Shown: positions 16,502 through 25,425 of the stretch, in pieces
Numbering within the stretch: position 1 is the first letter of the stretch
Layout: every line of letters starts with the position of its first letter
Assembly: GCA_034678605.1 (NCBI GenBank)
Contig: JAXDBQ010000039.1
Coordinates: 65,172 to 129,171 of the forward strand
Source of the DNA: Patescibacteria group bacterium
GTDB taxonomy: Bacteria; Patescibacteriota; Minisyncoccia; Minisyncoccales; UBA5738
DNA length: 64,000 bases
Reading direction: 5' to 3'
Made by a program: the position numbers and the translations under genes
The notes under the pieces: generated by a model
The model's database searches: none
Seen by the model: only the letters and a program-made list of their open reading frames with translations
Told to the model about the DNA's origin: nothing

Positions 16502-16585
16502 TGCCGAGAGAGGGAGTTGAACCCTCAAGAGGTTGCCCTCACAGCATTTTGAGTGCTGCATGTTTGCCAGTTTCATCACCTCGGC
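16502..16585 (-). tRNA. tRNA-Leu(CAA), type II with long variable arm; CCA not encoded
   Basis: Manual cloverleaf: acceptor GCCGAGG/TCTCGGC, 3-bp D stem ATG/CAT, anticodon stem CAGCA/TGCTG with loop CTCAAAA, variable hairpin GAGG-gcaa-CCTC, and T arm GAGGG-ttcaact-CCCTC. Confidence 0.85.
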
Positions 16586-16638
16586 AAAAAGTTTGCTGAT
16601 TATTTGTCCACCATTTAATCAGCGGAACCGGATTAATT

Positions 16639-16998
16639 TTATCGATTGTACCCAAGCCAAATGTCGATTACTTGTTCCATGCGCATCATTCGGGAATAGT
16701 TTTTATCGGTTACGCCGCATTTATTTTGAGCTGCGGTCAGAATCTTTGGCCCGAGAGTTTTGCGTTCCTTACTTAAACTTGCAAGGGATAAAATCATGTC
16801 AAATTGGTCGATGGTTTTTGCTAATTCAATCAATCGATCGACAATTGGCGATTTTGCCTCATCGGGGCACTGTTCGCTTAATCCAAATTCCAACAATTTG
16901 TTAAAATTTTTCCTTTTTAAGATTTACTCAAGGATTCCTTCTTTGTCTCTTTCTGTTGCTTCCAGATATTCTTTTTCCAAATCTTGGAAGGATTTCAT
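16639..16998 (-). pseudogene. hypothetical ORF interrupted by one in-frame TAA
   Basis: GGAGGAG lies 4 nt upstream of the ATG at 16998. There are 24 codons, then TAA (16926-16924), and the same frame continues for 95 more codons to 16639. Confidence 0.3.
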
Positions 16999-17140
16999 AA
17001 TTCTCCTCCTTTTTGCTGATAATAAGGTAGCGCAAAAATGGGGAAAAAGCAAGGCGGAATTATAAATGCAAGTGTTCATCGAGGACTGATCTCTGCGAGT
17101 ACGCCGAGGACAGACCTCGACAAACCAAAAATGCGATTTA

Positions 17141-19288
17141 TTATTTTTCGTTTTTCGCTTTAAGCTTTACGCTTTCGTTGCACTCTTTGTTGGAGCATTT
17201 GATCAATCCGCGCTTGGTGGTGATCATCAAATTGCCGCACTTTTCGCATTTTTCGCCGGTGGGTTTGTCCCACAGGGCAAAGTCGCAATCCGGGTAGGCC
17301 GAGCAGCCATAGAAAATTTTGCGCTTTTTGGTTTTTTTCTCCACCACGTGGCCGGTGCCGCATTTTGGGCAGGGAATCTCGACATCGAACGCGGGTTTTT
17401 GCGGTTCCAGATTCTCGGTGTGCTTGCATTCCGGGAATTTGGGGCAGGCATAGAATTTGCCGAAACGCCCCATTTTGATCACAAGATTAGCGCCGCATTT
17501 GGGGCAGAGTTTGTCGGTGGCGATGGCCACTTTTTTGCTTTCCACGGCCTGGTATTTTTCGTCAAGATTTTTTTTGAACGGGTTATAGAATTCGCGCAAT
17601 ACCTTTGTCCATTCAACCTTGCCGTCGGCGATCTCGTCCAATTGGTCTTCCATCTTGGCGGTGAAGTTGATGTCCACAACCTGCGGGAAATGCGCTACCA
17701 AAAGATCGTTGACCATCAAGCCGATCTCGGTGGGGCGGAAGGCCTTGGCCTCGTCTTTTTCGATGTAGTTGCGGGTCTGGATGGTGGAAATGATGGGCGC
17801 GTAGGTGGACGGCCGGCCGATGCCGTGGGTTTCCAGCGCTTTGATCAATGTCGCTTCGTTATAGCGCGCCGGCGGCTTGGTGAAATGCTGGTTGGCATCC
17901 AATTTGATGAATTCCAGGTTTTCGCCGGCCCCCATTGCCGGCAGGTCGGTTTGCTCGAATTTCATGGGATAGACCTTCAAAAACCCGTCGAATTTCAAAG
18001 TTTGGCCTGTTGCCTTGAAGCCATAGATTTTTTGAGAAATCCCGCGGGCATTGATATCAATGCCGATCGAATCAAAAACCGCCGGGTTCATTTGGCTGGC
18101 GATAAACCGCTGCCAGATCAATTCATATAATTTTTGCTGGGGCCGAGTGAGGTCTTTGTCGGCTTGGGCCATTGCCGGAGTTTGATCGGGATAGGCCGGC
18201 CGGATGGCTTCGTGGGCTTCTTGCGCGCCCTTGGCTTTGGTTTTGTAGGTATTGAAATTGCCGGGGTGGTATTCGGCGCCATAGTTTTTGGTGATGAATT
18301 CCTTGGCCTGCGCCAATGATTGGATCGATAAATTGAGTGAATCGGTGCGGTGGTAGGTGATCAATCCCATTTCATATAATTGCTGGGCGGTCATCATCGC
18401 GGCTTTGGCCGTCATTTTGAACCGCTGCCAGGCGGCTTGTTGAAGGGTGGAAGTGGTGAACGGCGGCAGGGGATTTTTGCGAGTTTCTTTGGCAACGATC
18501 TCGGCCACGGAATAGCGCGCGTTTTCCAGATCGTTTTGGATGGCAATGGCCGCGGTTTCATCGGTGATTTCCAATTTGTCGAGCGTTTTATCGCCGACTT
18601 TGGTTAATTTGGCGGCAAATTCTTTTTTGGCCGCGTTTTTGGTGTTTTTCAGATTTGCCCAAATTTCCCAATATTCTTCAGCGTTGAAAGCTGCGATCTC
18701 GCGTTCCCGCTCGGCGATGAGGCGCACAGCCACCGATTGGACGCGCCCGGCCGACAAGCCCTTGGCGATCTTTTTCCACAAGAACGGCGAAATGTTGTAG
18801 CCCACCACGCGGTCCAAAACCCGGCGCGCCTGCTGGGCGTTGACCAGATCGAAATTGAGCGGCCGCGGATTTTTGAGCGCGTCGCTGATCGCGGTTTTGG
18901 TGATTTCGTGAAATTCAATGCGCTGGTATTTCTTGCCTGCCATAGCCCTGGCGGAGGCGGGGTTGCCTTCGACCTCTTTGGCCTCGGGCTTGTTCAATTT
19001 CAATGCTTCCACCAGATGCCAGGCAATGGCTTCGCCTTCGCGGTCCGGATCGGTGCTGAGCAAAATGCTGTCGGCCGCGGCCGCTTCTTTTTTGAGCTCT
19101 TTGACCGTGGTCCGGCCTTTGGGCGTCAAAATATATTTGGGCGCAAAGTCGTTTTCGATGTCCACGCCCAAAGTCGACTTGGGCAAGTCGCGCACGTGGC
19201 CGAAAGACGACAGGATTTTATAGCCCGAACCAAGGAATTTTTGCAAAGTTTTTGCCTTGGTGGGGGATTCGACGATTATGAGTTGCAT
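17141..19288 (-). CDS. topA: DNA topoisomerase I
   Basis: 715 aa with an N-terminal TOPRIM domain (MQLIIVESPTKAKT), the active-site region YHRTDS and three C-terminal CxxC...CxxC zinc ribbons. Confidence 0.95.
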   Translation of the reverse strand: MQLIIVESPTKAKTLQKFLGSGYKILSSFGHVRDLPKSTLGVDIENDFAPKYILTPKGRTTVKELKKEAAAADSILLSTDPDREGEAIAWHLVEALKLNKPEAKEVEGNPASARAMAGKKYQRIEFHEITKTAISDALKNPRPLNFDLVNAQQARRVLDRVVGYNISPFLWKKIAKGLSAGRVQSVAVRLIAEREREIAAFNAEEYWEIWANLKNTKNAAKKEFAAKLTKVGDKTLDKLEITDETAAIAIQNDLENARYSVAEIVAKETRKNPLPPFTTSTLQQAAWQRFKMTAKAAMMTAQQLYEMGLITYHRTDSLNLSIQSLAQAKEFITKNYGAEYHPGNFNTYKTKAKGAQEAHEAIRPAYPDQTPAMAQADKDLTRPQQKLYELIWQRFIASQMNPAVFDSIGIDINARGISQKIYGFKATGQTLKFDGFLKVYPMKFEQTDLPAMGAGENLEFIKLDANQHFTKPPARYNEATLIKALETHGIGRPSTYAPIISTIQTRNYIEKDEAKAFRPTEIGLMVNDLLVAHFPQVVDINFTAKMEDQLDEIADGKVEWTKVLREFYNPFKKNLDEKYQAVESKKVAIATDKLCPKCGANLVIKMGRFGKFYACPKFPECKHTENLEPQKPAFDVEIPCPKCGTGHVVEKKTKKRKIFYGCSAYPDCDFALWDKPTGEKCEKCGNLMITTKRGLIKCSNKECNESVKLKAKNEK

Positions 19289-19405
19289 AAAACAAATGTC
19301 ATAATTTCTAATTTCTAATTTCGAAATAAATGTCTGAATTTTAAAATTTAGAAATTAATAAATTTAAAAATTTATTTAGAAATTAGTAATTTGGAAATTT
19401 TGAAA
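19289..19405. repeat. AT-rich palindrome built of AATTTC/GAAATT words (dprA-topA spacer)
   Basis: The arm ataatttctaatttctaatttcgaaataaat is paired with atttatttagaaattagtaatttggaaattttgaaatt. Confidence 0.75.
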
Positions 19406-20266
19406 TTAATTCAAGCAGTATTCTCCGCCGCCCAGATTGCGGAGGAGATTGTTCATTTCCATTATCGAGATCAGCGCCATTATTTTTTGGGCGGGCAAGT
19501 TGCTTTCGCGGATGATCTGGTCCATAGTTTTGGCGCCGTCAATTAACGCATCGATGATTTTTTGCTCTTCGGGTGTGAGCGCGGCGGCGGTTTTGGCCGG
19601 TCCGGGCAAAATTTCCAGCGCGTCTAAGATATCTTGCGCGCCGGTCGCGGGTGATCCGCCATTTTTTAATAACCAATGGCAGCCGGCCGAATTAGCCGAA
19701 TAGATCGAGCCGGGCACGGCAAACACCGGTTTGCGCTGTTTGCGGCCCCAGTCGGCGGTGATCAGCGAGCCGGATTTTTCCTTGGCTTCGACCACCACCA
19801 CGGCGCGGGCAAGGCCGGCAATGATGCGGTTGCGCTGGGGGAACGAATAGTTGGTGGGCATGAATTCCGGCGGATACTCGCTGATCAAACACCCGCCATT
19901 ATCAACCACCTTGCGCGCCAAGTCAAGGTTTTGCCGCGGATAAAACGAATTTTGGCTTAGCCCGGCGGCGATCACGCCGATGGTGAGGCCGTGGTTTTCC
20001 AGCGCGGCTTGGTGAGCCAGCGTGTCAATGCCTGGCGCCATTCCCGAAACCACGCCCACGCCCGCGCGCGCTAATCCGGAAACAATGTCGTGGGTTGCTT
20101 GCTTGCCATAGACCGACGGAATCCGGCTGCCCACCACGGCGACGATCGGAGTTTCCAAGTCCAGGGTGCCGCGCAAATAGATTTGTTTGGGCCGGCTGGC
20201 AATCAACCGCAAACACGCGGGGAATTCCGCGCTGTCTTCAGGGATATGTTTTATAACGTCGTCCAT
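19406..20266 (-). CDS. dprA: DNA processing protein DprA/Smf
   Basis: 286 aa. The sequence VAVVGSRIPSVYGKQ...SGMAPGIDTLAHQAAL...VVVVEAKEKSGSLITA is the Rossmann-like DprA core. Confidence 0.85.
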   Translation of the reverse strand: MDDVIKHIPEDSAEFPACLRLIASRPKQIYLRGTLDLETPIVAVVGSRIPSVYGKQATHDIVSGLARAGVGVVSGMAPGIDTLAHQAALENHGLTIGVIAAGLSQNSFYPRQNLDLARKVVDNGGCLISEYPPEFMPTNYSFPQRNRIIAGLARAVVVVEAKEKSGSLITADWGRKQRKPVFAVPGSIYSANSAGCHWLLKNGGSPATGAQDILDALEILPGPAKTAAALTPEEQKIIDALIDGAKTMDQIIRESNLPAQKIMALISIMEMNNLLRNLGGGEYCLN

Positions 20267-20429
20267 TTTTCCTCCGCTGTTTTTTTACTATTTCACTATA
20301 CACTATTTTTTTGCTTGCAAAAAATTTTGCCAGGCAACCGCTCGACAGGGTTGTGCATCTCGCATCCATTCCTCCTTTTGTAAAGGAGGTGGCGCGTAAT
20401 CGCGCCGGAGGATTTTTTGATTCAAATTT

Positions 20430-20489
20430 CAAATCCCTCCTTTTCGCTACGCTCAAAGTGCTCCCTTTTCCAAAGGGAGAATAAATGCC
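20430..20489 (-). repeat. 60-nt dispersed repeat (inverted copy of 35148-35209)
   Basis: Its reverse complement ggcatttattctccctttggaaaagggagcactt...aaggagggatttg matches 35148-35209 except for the middle hairpin. Confidence 0.85.
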
Positions 20490-20708
20490 GTTGGTCTTGG
20501 CCGCATTTTTTGCTTTGCCGCCCTTGTCAAAAACCAAAAAATGGCATAAAAAGCAATCAGCAATCTTTACATTCAGCAAAAAAGGATGTGGTTACGATAG
20601 CAAGTCCAAAAGGGGTGCGGAGTTTAAGAAAAAGCAAAGTCGGCAGAAGCCGAGAAAAAATTAAGCAATTAAAAGAACAAAAAAAGAAAGAACAGGGGGG
20701 CATGAGGG

Positions 20709-21194
20709 ATGAGTGAAGAACTTAAAAGAGCAATCGTTGACGGGCTGATTAGAGATAACCCGATAACTATTAGTAAATCTGATATTGATGGAACGCCGGT
20801 GATGCGATGTTGCCTTTCGGAAATCTTGGAAGCAATCCGTTGTTTAAAAGGACGCGAAGCCGGGAAGCAATTTGATTTTTACGCTGAAGTAATCGCATGG
20901 AATCACGGTTGTGAATATATGCATTATGGCAGTCCGAGCTTTTTCATTATTGTTCGGCACCCCCGGGATTTGCGGCTGGGAATTAAAATTGATGAGAAAA
21001 AAATTTTTGGTCAATTGAACGGAGCGCAAAGGGATTTATATGAATGTTTTGCGGGATTGATTGCAAAGTATGTTATCCATCTTTTGATGGATATGCATAG
21101 TGACGGCATATTAGAACCAGCATTGCAATCGTTGGACGAAGAATTGATGGAATATGATGGATACATGGAGGGCGGACAATCGGCAGAATCATGA
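20709..21194 (+). CDS. hypothetical protein
   Basis: 161-aa ORF with GAGGG 4 nt upstream of the start and no recognisable domain. Confidence 0.4.
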   Translation: MSEELKRAIVDGLIRDNPITISKSDIDGTPVMRCCLSEILEAIRCLKGREAGKQFDFYAEVIAWNHGCEYMHYGSPSFFIIVRHPRDLRLGIKIDEKKIFGQLNGAQRDLYECFAGLIAKYVIHLLMDMHSDGILEPALQSLDEELMEYDGYMEGGQSAES

Positions 21195-21265
21195 TGGTTC
21201 GCCGTTTTTTTATAGGAATTCGTTAAAGATCAATGATTGATTTTTAAATTTAAATGCAGTTTTAT

Positions 21266-21312
21266 AGGGGTCGCACCCCTGCTCCGCTGCGCTACGCAGG
21301 GGAACGACCCCT
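21266..21312. terminator. GC-rich 17-bp hairpin between convergent genes
   Basis: AGGGGTCGCACCCCTGC-13 nt-GCAGGGGAACGACCCCT has one 2-nt internal mismatch and lies between the 20709 ORF (+) and pth (-). Confidence 0.6.
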
Positions 21313-21336
21313 CTTAAATGCCAAATTATAAATTGG

Positions 21337-21948
21337 TTATTGGTTGAAGGCAGTCATGGATTTGGCGAGGCCGGAGGCGAGGGCAAGGTCGAGGGCGGCG
21401 GCGGTTAAATCGATAACTTTGTCAAATTCGGTTTGTTCGGCGAGGGTGAATTTTTTTAATACTAATTTGTCGGCGGGGATTTTTTTTAGGTTGGCGGCAA
21501 GCGGCGCGATGCCGATACGGAAACGGATAAAATTTTTGGTTTTCAGGGTGTCGATGATCGATTGCACGCCTTTATGGCCGGCCGCGCCGCGGTTTTTGGC
21601 AATTTTGATCTTGCCTTGGGGAATATCAAGGTCGTCGTTGACCACCCAAAGGTTGGGATAGCTTTTGACCTTCTTGATTTTTAAGCGCGAAAATAATTTG
21701 ACCAGCGCTTTGCCGGAATTGTTCATAAACATTTGGGGTTTTGCCAAAACCACGGCAAGGCCAAAAATCTCTTTTTTTGCCGTCAAAACGCCGTCCGGTT
21801 CCATTTTGAAATTCGGAAATTCGTGTCGTTTGGCAAATTCATCGACAGCTAAAAAGCCCAAATTGTGCCGGGTAAAATGATATTCGGCTCCCGGGTTGCC
21901 CAAGCCGACAATTAAAATCAGGTTATTTTTTTTGGTTTTTTTGTCCAT
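21337..21948 (-). CDS. pth: peptidyl-tRNA hydrolase
   Basis: It contains LIVGLGNPGAEYHFTRHNLGF and GAAGHKGVQS motifs. The start is taken at MDKKTKK. Confidence 0.9.
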   Translation of the reverse strand: MDKKTKKNNLILIVGLGNPGAEYHFTRHNLGFLAVDEFAKRHEFPNFKMEPDGVLTAKKEIFGLAVVLAKPQMFMNNSGKALVKLFSRLKIKKVKSYPNLWVVNDDLDIPQGKIKIAKNRGAAGHKGVQSIIDTLKTKNFIRFRIGIAPLAANLKKIPADKLVLKKFTLAEQTEFDKVIDLTAAALDLALASGLAKSMTAFNQ

Positions 21949-21985
21949 ATTGCAATTATTATAGCACATTATCTTGGGGCGTTGA

Positions 21986-22061
21986 GATAAGATTTAAGAT
22001 TTATGATTTAAGATAAAATGCGGTTTTTTAATCATAAATCCTAAATCATAAATCTTAAATC
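21986..22061. repeat. AT-rich GATTTA/TAAATC palindrome
   Basis: The arm gataagatttaagatttatgatttaagat is paired with aatcataaatcctaaatcataaatcttaaatc. Confidence 0.85.
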
Positions 22062-22136
22062 GGCGTATCCTTGCGAAAGACCAAAATTTGTGGTAGAATC
22101 AAGCTGTTTTCATAATTAAAATACAACAAAATTATT

Positions 22137-22694
22137 ATGTCTTCGGCGATAAAAAACGCGGGCGAGTTTGTTTGGGAATTAGTCCAAGTGGTGCTTTTGG
22201 CGTTGGCGATCATGCTGCCGGTGCGGTGGTTTTTGTTCCAGCCGTTCGTGATTCAGGGCGCGTCGATGGAGCCGAATTTTTATGAGTCGGATTATTTGAT
22301 CGTGGACGAGCTGTCCTATCGGTTGCGAGAGCCGGAGCGGGGAGAAGTGATCGTTTTTAAATATCCCCTGGATCCATCCAAAAGGTTTATCAAGCGGGTG
22401 ATTGGTTTGCCGGGCGAAACTGTGGAATTGAAAGGCGGCCAGGTGTTGATCACGGATGCCGGCGGCCAGACTGTTGTTTTGAATGAGTCCTATATTCCGG
22501 CAAATTTGAAGGCGCCGGATATGCCGCCCGACAAATTGGACGAAAGCGAGTATTTTGTTCTGGGCGATAATCGGCCGCACTCTTCGGATTCGCAAGATTG
22601 GGGCGACCTGCCGCGTAAAAACATTATCGGTGTGGCGCGGTTGCGTTTGTGGCCGCTCACCGATATTGCCAATATCGAAAAACCAACCTACTGA
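22137..22694 (+). CDS. lepB: signal peptidase I
   Basis: It has an N-terminal TM segment, the Ser box GASMEPN, the Lys box KRVIGLPGE and GDNRPHSSDS. Confidence 0.9.
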   Translation: MSSAIKNAGEFVWELVQVVLLALAIMLPVRWFLFQPFVIQGASMEPNFYESDYLIVDELSYRLREPERGEVIVFKYPLDPSKRFIKRVIGLPGETVELKGGQVLITDAGGQTVVLNESYIPANLKAPDMPPDKLDESEYFVLGDNRPHSSDSQDWGDLPRKNIIGVARLRLWPLTDIANIEKPTY

Positions 22695-22775
22695 AGTTAA
22701 AAGTTTAAAGCGCAAAGTGCAAAGTAAAATGCGAATTCTACTTTACGCTTTTCGCTTTGCGCTTTAAGTTTAATT
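22695..22775. repeat. palindrome built of AAAGCG/CGCTTT words, homologous to 50667-50760
   Basis: The arm aaagtttaaagcgcaaagtgcaaagtaaaatgcg is paired with ctactttacgcttttcgctttgcgctttaagttt. Confidence 0.85.
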
Positions 22776-22777
22776 TT

Positions 22778-24055
22778 ATGAAGCCAAAATTCCAAACCGC
22801 CACCGGCATGCATGATATTTTGCCGGAAGACCAAATATATTATGAAAAGATTTATGAAACCGCCAAAAGCATCGCGGCGTGTTATGGTTTTTCGCGCTTG
22901 GAAACGCCGATTTTGGAAAACAGCGATTTATTCGTGAAAAGCACGGGCAGTTCCACCGATATTGTGCAAAAACAGATGTATTCTTTGAAAACCAAGGGCG
23001 GCGACGAATTGACATTGCGGCCCGAAGGCACGCCGTCGATTGTTCGCGCCTATTTGCAAAACGGCATGGCCAATTGGCCCCAGCCGGTGAAATTGTGGTA
23101 TTGGGGGCCGTTTTTCCGCCACGAAAAGCCGCAAGCCGGACGCTTCCGGCAATTTTGGCAACTGGGATTTGAGGCCATCGGCCAGGGAGGGCCGATCGTC
23201 GACGCGCAGATAATTCAGATATATTTTAACATTTTAAAGGAACTCGGGCTGGAAAATCTGGCCATCGAGATCAACAGTATCGGCGATCCGGTGTGCCGGC
23301 CGGGTTATCGCCGGGCGCTGGCAAGCTACCTGCGTAGCCGCGAAAACGCGTTGTGCGCCGATTGCAAGCGCCGGGTGAAAGAAAATCCGTTGCGGGTTTT
23401 GGATTGCAAGGAAGCCAAATGCCAGGCGGTGCGGGCGCAGGCGCCGCAGGCCGTGGACCATCTTTGCGACGAATGCAAATCCCATTTCAAAGAAACTTTG
23501 GATTATCTGGAAGAGATCGGCTTGCCTTACCGGCTTAACCCTTATTTGGTGCGCGGCTTGGATTATTACACGCGCACGGTGTTCGAGATTTACCAAGAAA
23601 GCGGGAACGACCGGACTCAAAGCGCGCTGGCCGGCGGCGGCCGCTATGACGGGTTGATCAAGATGCTGGGCGGCAAGGAAACCCCGGCCATGGGCGGCGC
23701 GCTGGGCGTTGACCGCGCGGCGCTGGCCATGAAAGCGGCCGGCATCAAATTCGAGAGCGAGAGAAAGGTGAAGGTGTTTTTGGCGCAATTGGGCGGATTG
23801 GGCAAGAAAAAATCCCTTAAATTGTTCGAAGAGTTGCGCCGGGCCGGCATTGAAACCGGCGAAGCGTTTGACCGCGATTCGCTCAAATCGCAATTAAAAG
23901 CCGCCGATAAATACGGCGCCAAGTTCACGTTGCTTTTGGGGCAGCGGGAAGCCATCGAAAACCAGGTGATCCTGCGCGACATGGAGTCGGGCAAGCAGGA
24001 AAATCTGAAATTGGACACGGCCGTGGCCGAAGTCAAAAAACGCCTGAGGAAATAG
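22778..24055 (+). CDS. hisS: histidyl-tRNA synthetase
   Basis: It shows GMHDILPED, LRPEGTPS, FRHEKPQAGRFRQF and GGGRYDGL class II motifs. The first ATG is at 22778. Confidence 0.93.
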   Translation: MKPKFQTATGMHDILPEDQIYYEKIYETAKSIAACYGFSRLETPILENSDLFVKSTGSSTDIVQKQMYSLKTKGGDELTLRPEGTPSIVRAYLQNGMANWPQPVKLWYWGPFFRHEKPQAGRFRQFWQLGFEAIGQGGPIVDAQIIQIYFNILKELGLENLAIEINSIGDPVCRPGYRRALASYLRSRENALCADCKRRVKENPLRVLDCKEAKCQAVRAQAPQAVDHLCDECKSHFKETLDYLEEIGLPYRLNPYLVRGLDYYTRTVFEIYQESGNDRTQSALAGGGRYDGLIKMLGGKETPAMGGALGVDRAALAMKAAGIKFESERKVKVFLAQLGGLGKKKSLKLFEELRRAGIETGEAFDRDSLKSQLKAADKYGAKFTLLLGQREAIENQVILRDMESGKQENLKLDTAVAEVKKRLRK

Positions 24056-24094
24056 TAAATAAAAAGTGGAATAAAATTCAAAACGCGCTTATTT

Positions 24095-24346
24095 ATGGCA
24101 AAGATCAATATTTTAGAAAAATATAAAGGCAAACAAATACCATTGATCCTTGAAAAAGGCGAGGATGGTTTTTATGTTATCGAATGTCCGCTTTTTTCCG
24201 GTTGCTACACGCAGGGGAAAACAGTTGGCGAGGCGATGGCCAATATCCGCGAAGTTTTGGAATTGGTTTTGGAAGAAAAAGAAAACCGGCAAATTTTGGA
24301 ATCGCGCAATTTTGATGAAATAAAATTGGAAACGATCACTTTGTAA
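24095..24346 (+). CDS. hicB: HicB-family antitoxin
   Basis: It contains GFYVIECPLFSGCYTQGKTVGEAMANIREVLELVLEE and lies directly upstream of the HicA-like ORF. Confidence 0.7.
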   Translation: MAKINILEKYKGKQIPLILEKGEDGFYVIECPLFSGCYTQGKTVGEAMANIREVLELVLEEKENRQILESRNFDEIKLETITL

Positions 24347-24351
24347 AAAAT

Positions 24352-24574
24352 ATGCGCTTGCCATTGGTTTCAAGCCAAGAATTGATCAAAGCGATGAGCA
24401 AAATCGGCTATTATTCGATAAGGCAAAGAGGAAGCCATATAAGATTGCAATGCGCGGAAAGGCCGTCGATCACCATTCCCAATTACAAGACGATCGACAA
24501 ATCGCTTTTAAAAGAAAATCATGCGCGATGCCGGATTGGATTTGGACGATTTGATCGGGCTGTTGGAAAAATAA
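24352..24574 (+). pseudogene. hicA: HicA-family toxin, apparently frameshifted near codon 54
   Basis: The N-terminus is SSQELIKAMSKIGYYSIRQRGSHIRL. After ...KSLLK the HicA-like end KIMRDAGLDLDDLIGLLEK* lies in the +1 frame, with the shift in the run ttaaaagaaaatc at about 24508-24519. Confidence 0.6.
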
Positions 24575-24595
24575 AAAGAAAGGGCAGGGGGCAAT

Positions 24596-24904
24596 TTGAA
24601 ATTTATGAATGAAAAATTCGCAAAAATATCTTTTGCGCTGGGAATTGTTAATATAATATTGCTACTTGTTGCGTTTTTGGCAATAAAAGGCGCGATGGCA
24701 ATTTATGTTTTTGGAACGGTATCGTTTCTAAATTTTTTAGGAATTATATTCGCGTTGAAGGGAATGCGTGCGCCGAGAAACAGGATCGCAAAAATAAGTT
24801 TGGTGGTTCATGCAGGATTGATCGTTGCTTTTTTACTTTTTCTGTTTTTCGGCGGGTTGATATTTTGGGCCATTTTGAGGGGGTTCAGCGAAAATGGATT
24901 TTAA
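24596..24904 (+). CDS. small integral membrane protein (3 predicted TM helices)
   Basis: Hydrophobic stretches are visible in the translation. No known motif was seen. Confidence 0.4.
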   Translation: MKFMNEKFAKISFALGIVNIILLLVAFLAIKGAMAIYVFGTVSFLNFLGIIFALKGMRAPRNRIAKISLVVHAGLIVAFLLFLFFGGLIFWAILRGFSENGF

Positions 24905-25077
24905 ATAAAAAAAGAGATAGGCAACCGAAGTTGTCTATCAAGATGGTGGGTTGTGTCTCTTTTAAAAGAGGCAACTAATTATTGGCGCACCACAGGAATA
25001 CACCCACAATTCCTAATGCTCCGCAAATTTGGGCATGCAGAAGCATTAGGCCGGGGATGAGGAATATTTCAGACATT

Positions 25078-25425
25078 TTACACCTCCAAGGTGGCGACAA
25101 TTCGCTCGCCGTCTCGGCAATTTGTTTCCCAGAGCTCCGCGCGGAAGTTGTTTTTATCGATTCCGGCGGGAATTGCAACGCTTTCTGAATTTGCGTCAAA
25201 ATTCCTGCCTTTCCAAACAACCGGCACGGTCTTGATGGTTTCTCCCCAGAGCCATCCGGGGCTGGAGAAGGTTAAATTATAAGTTGCTCCTCCCAGCATT
25301 TCGTAATATTCGGTGGCATTTATCGAATCCCCTTCTTTTTTGAGGGAAAATTCGGCGCTTACTACTATGCCTGATAGCAAGGCGATAAAGATCAGCCCTG
25401 CGCTAATCGCTTTTATAGGATTCAT
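25078..25425 (-). CDS. secreted/anchored hypothetical protein
   Basis: It has the N-terminal signal-like segment MNPIKAISAGLIFIALLSGIVVSA. A 33-aa hydrophobic mini-ORF (25076-24975) follows with a GGAGG site. Confidence 0.45.
   Translation of the reverse strand: MNPIKAISAGLIFIALLSGIVVSAEFSLKKEGDSINATEYYEMLGGATYNLTFSSPGWLWGETIKTVPVVWKGRNFDANSESVAIPAGIDKNNFRAELWETNCRDGERIVATLEV

Noticed and set aside
15880-16545. The possibility that the LAGLIDADG ORF sits in a group I or archaeal-type intron of tRNA-Leu, spliced between the 5' part at 16585 and the 3' fragment at 15843.
   Set aside because: The upstream tRNA copy is already complete and folds into a full cloverleaf with its own T-arm and acceptor strand. 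I saw no group I core (P3-P8) or bulge-helix-bulge motif. A cassette insertion with a duplicated 3' segment explains the data without splicing. This could still be tested by tRNA-seq.
16924-16926. Alternative genetic code or stop-codon readthrough as the explanation for the in-frame TAA here and the in-frame TAG at 62317-62319.
   Set aside because: TAA (glmS, nrdD), TAG (hisS) and TGA (ftsZ, comEC) each terminate highly conserved genes at the expected C-termini. This is standard code 11, and isolated nonsense mutations in accessory genes are the simpler explanation.
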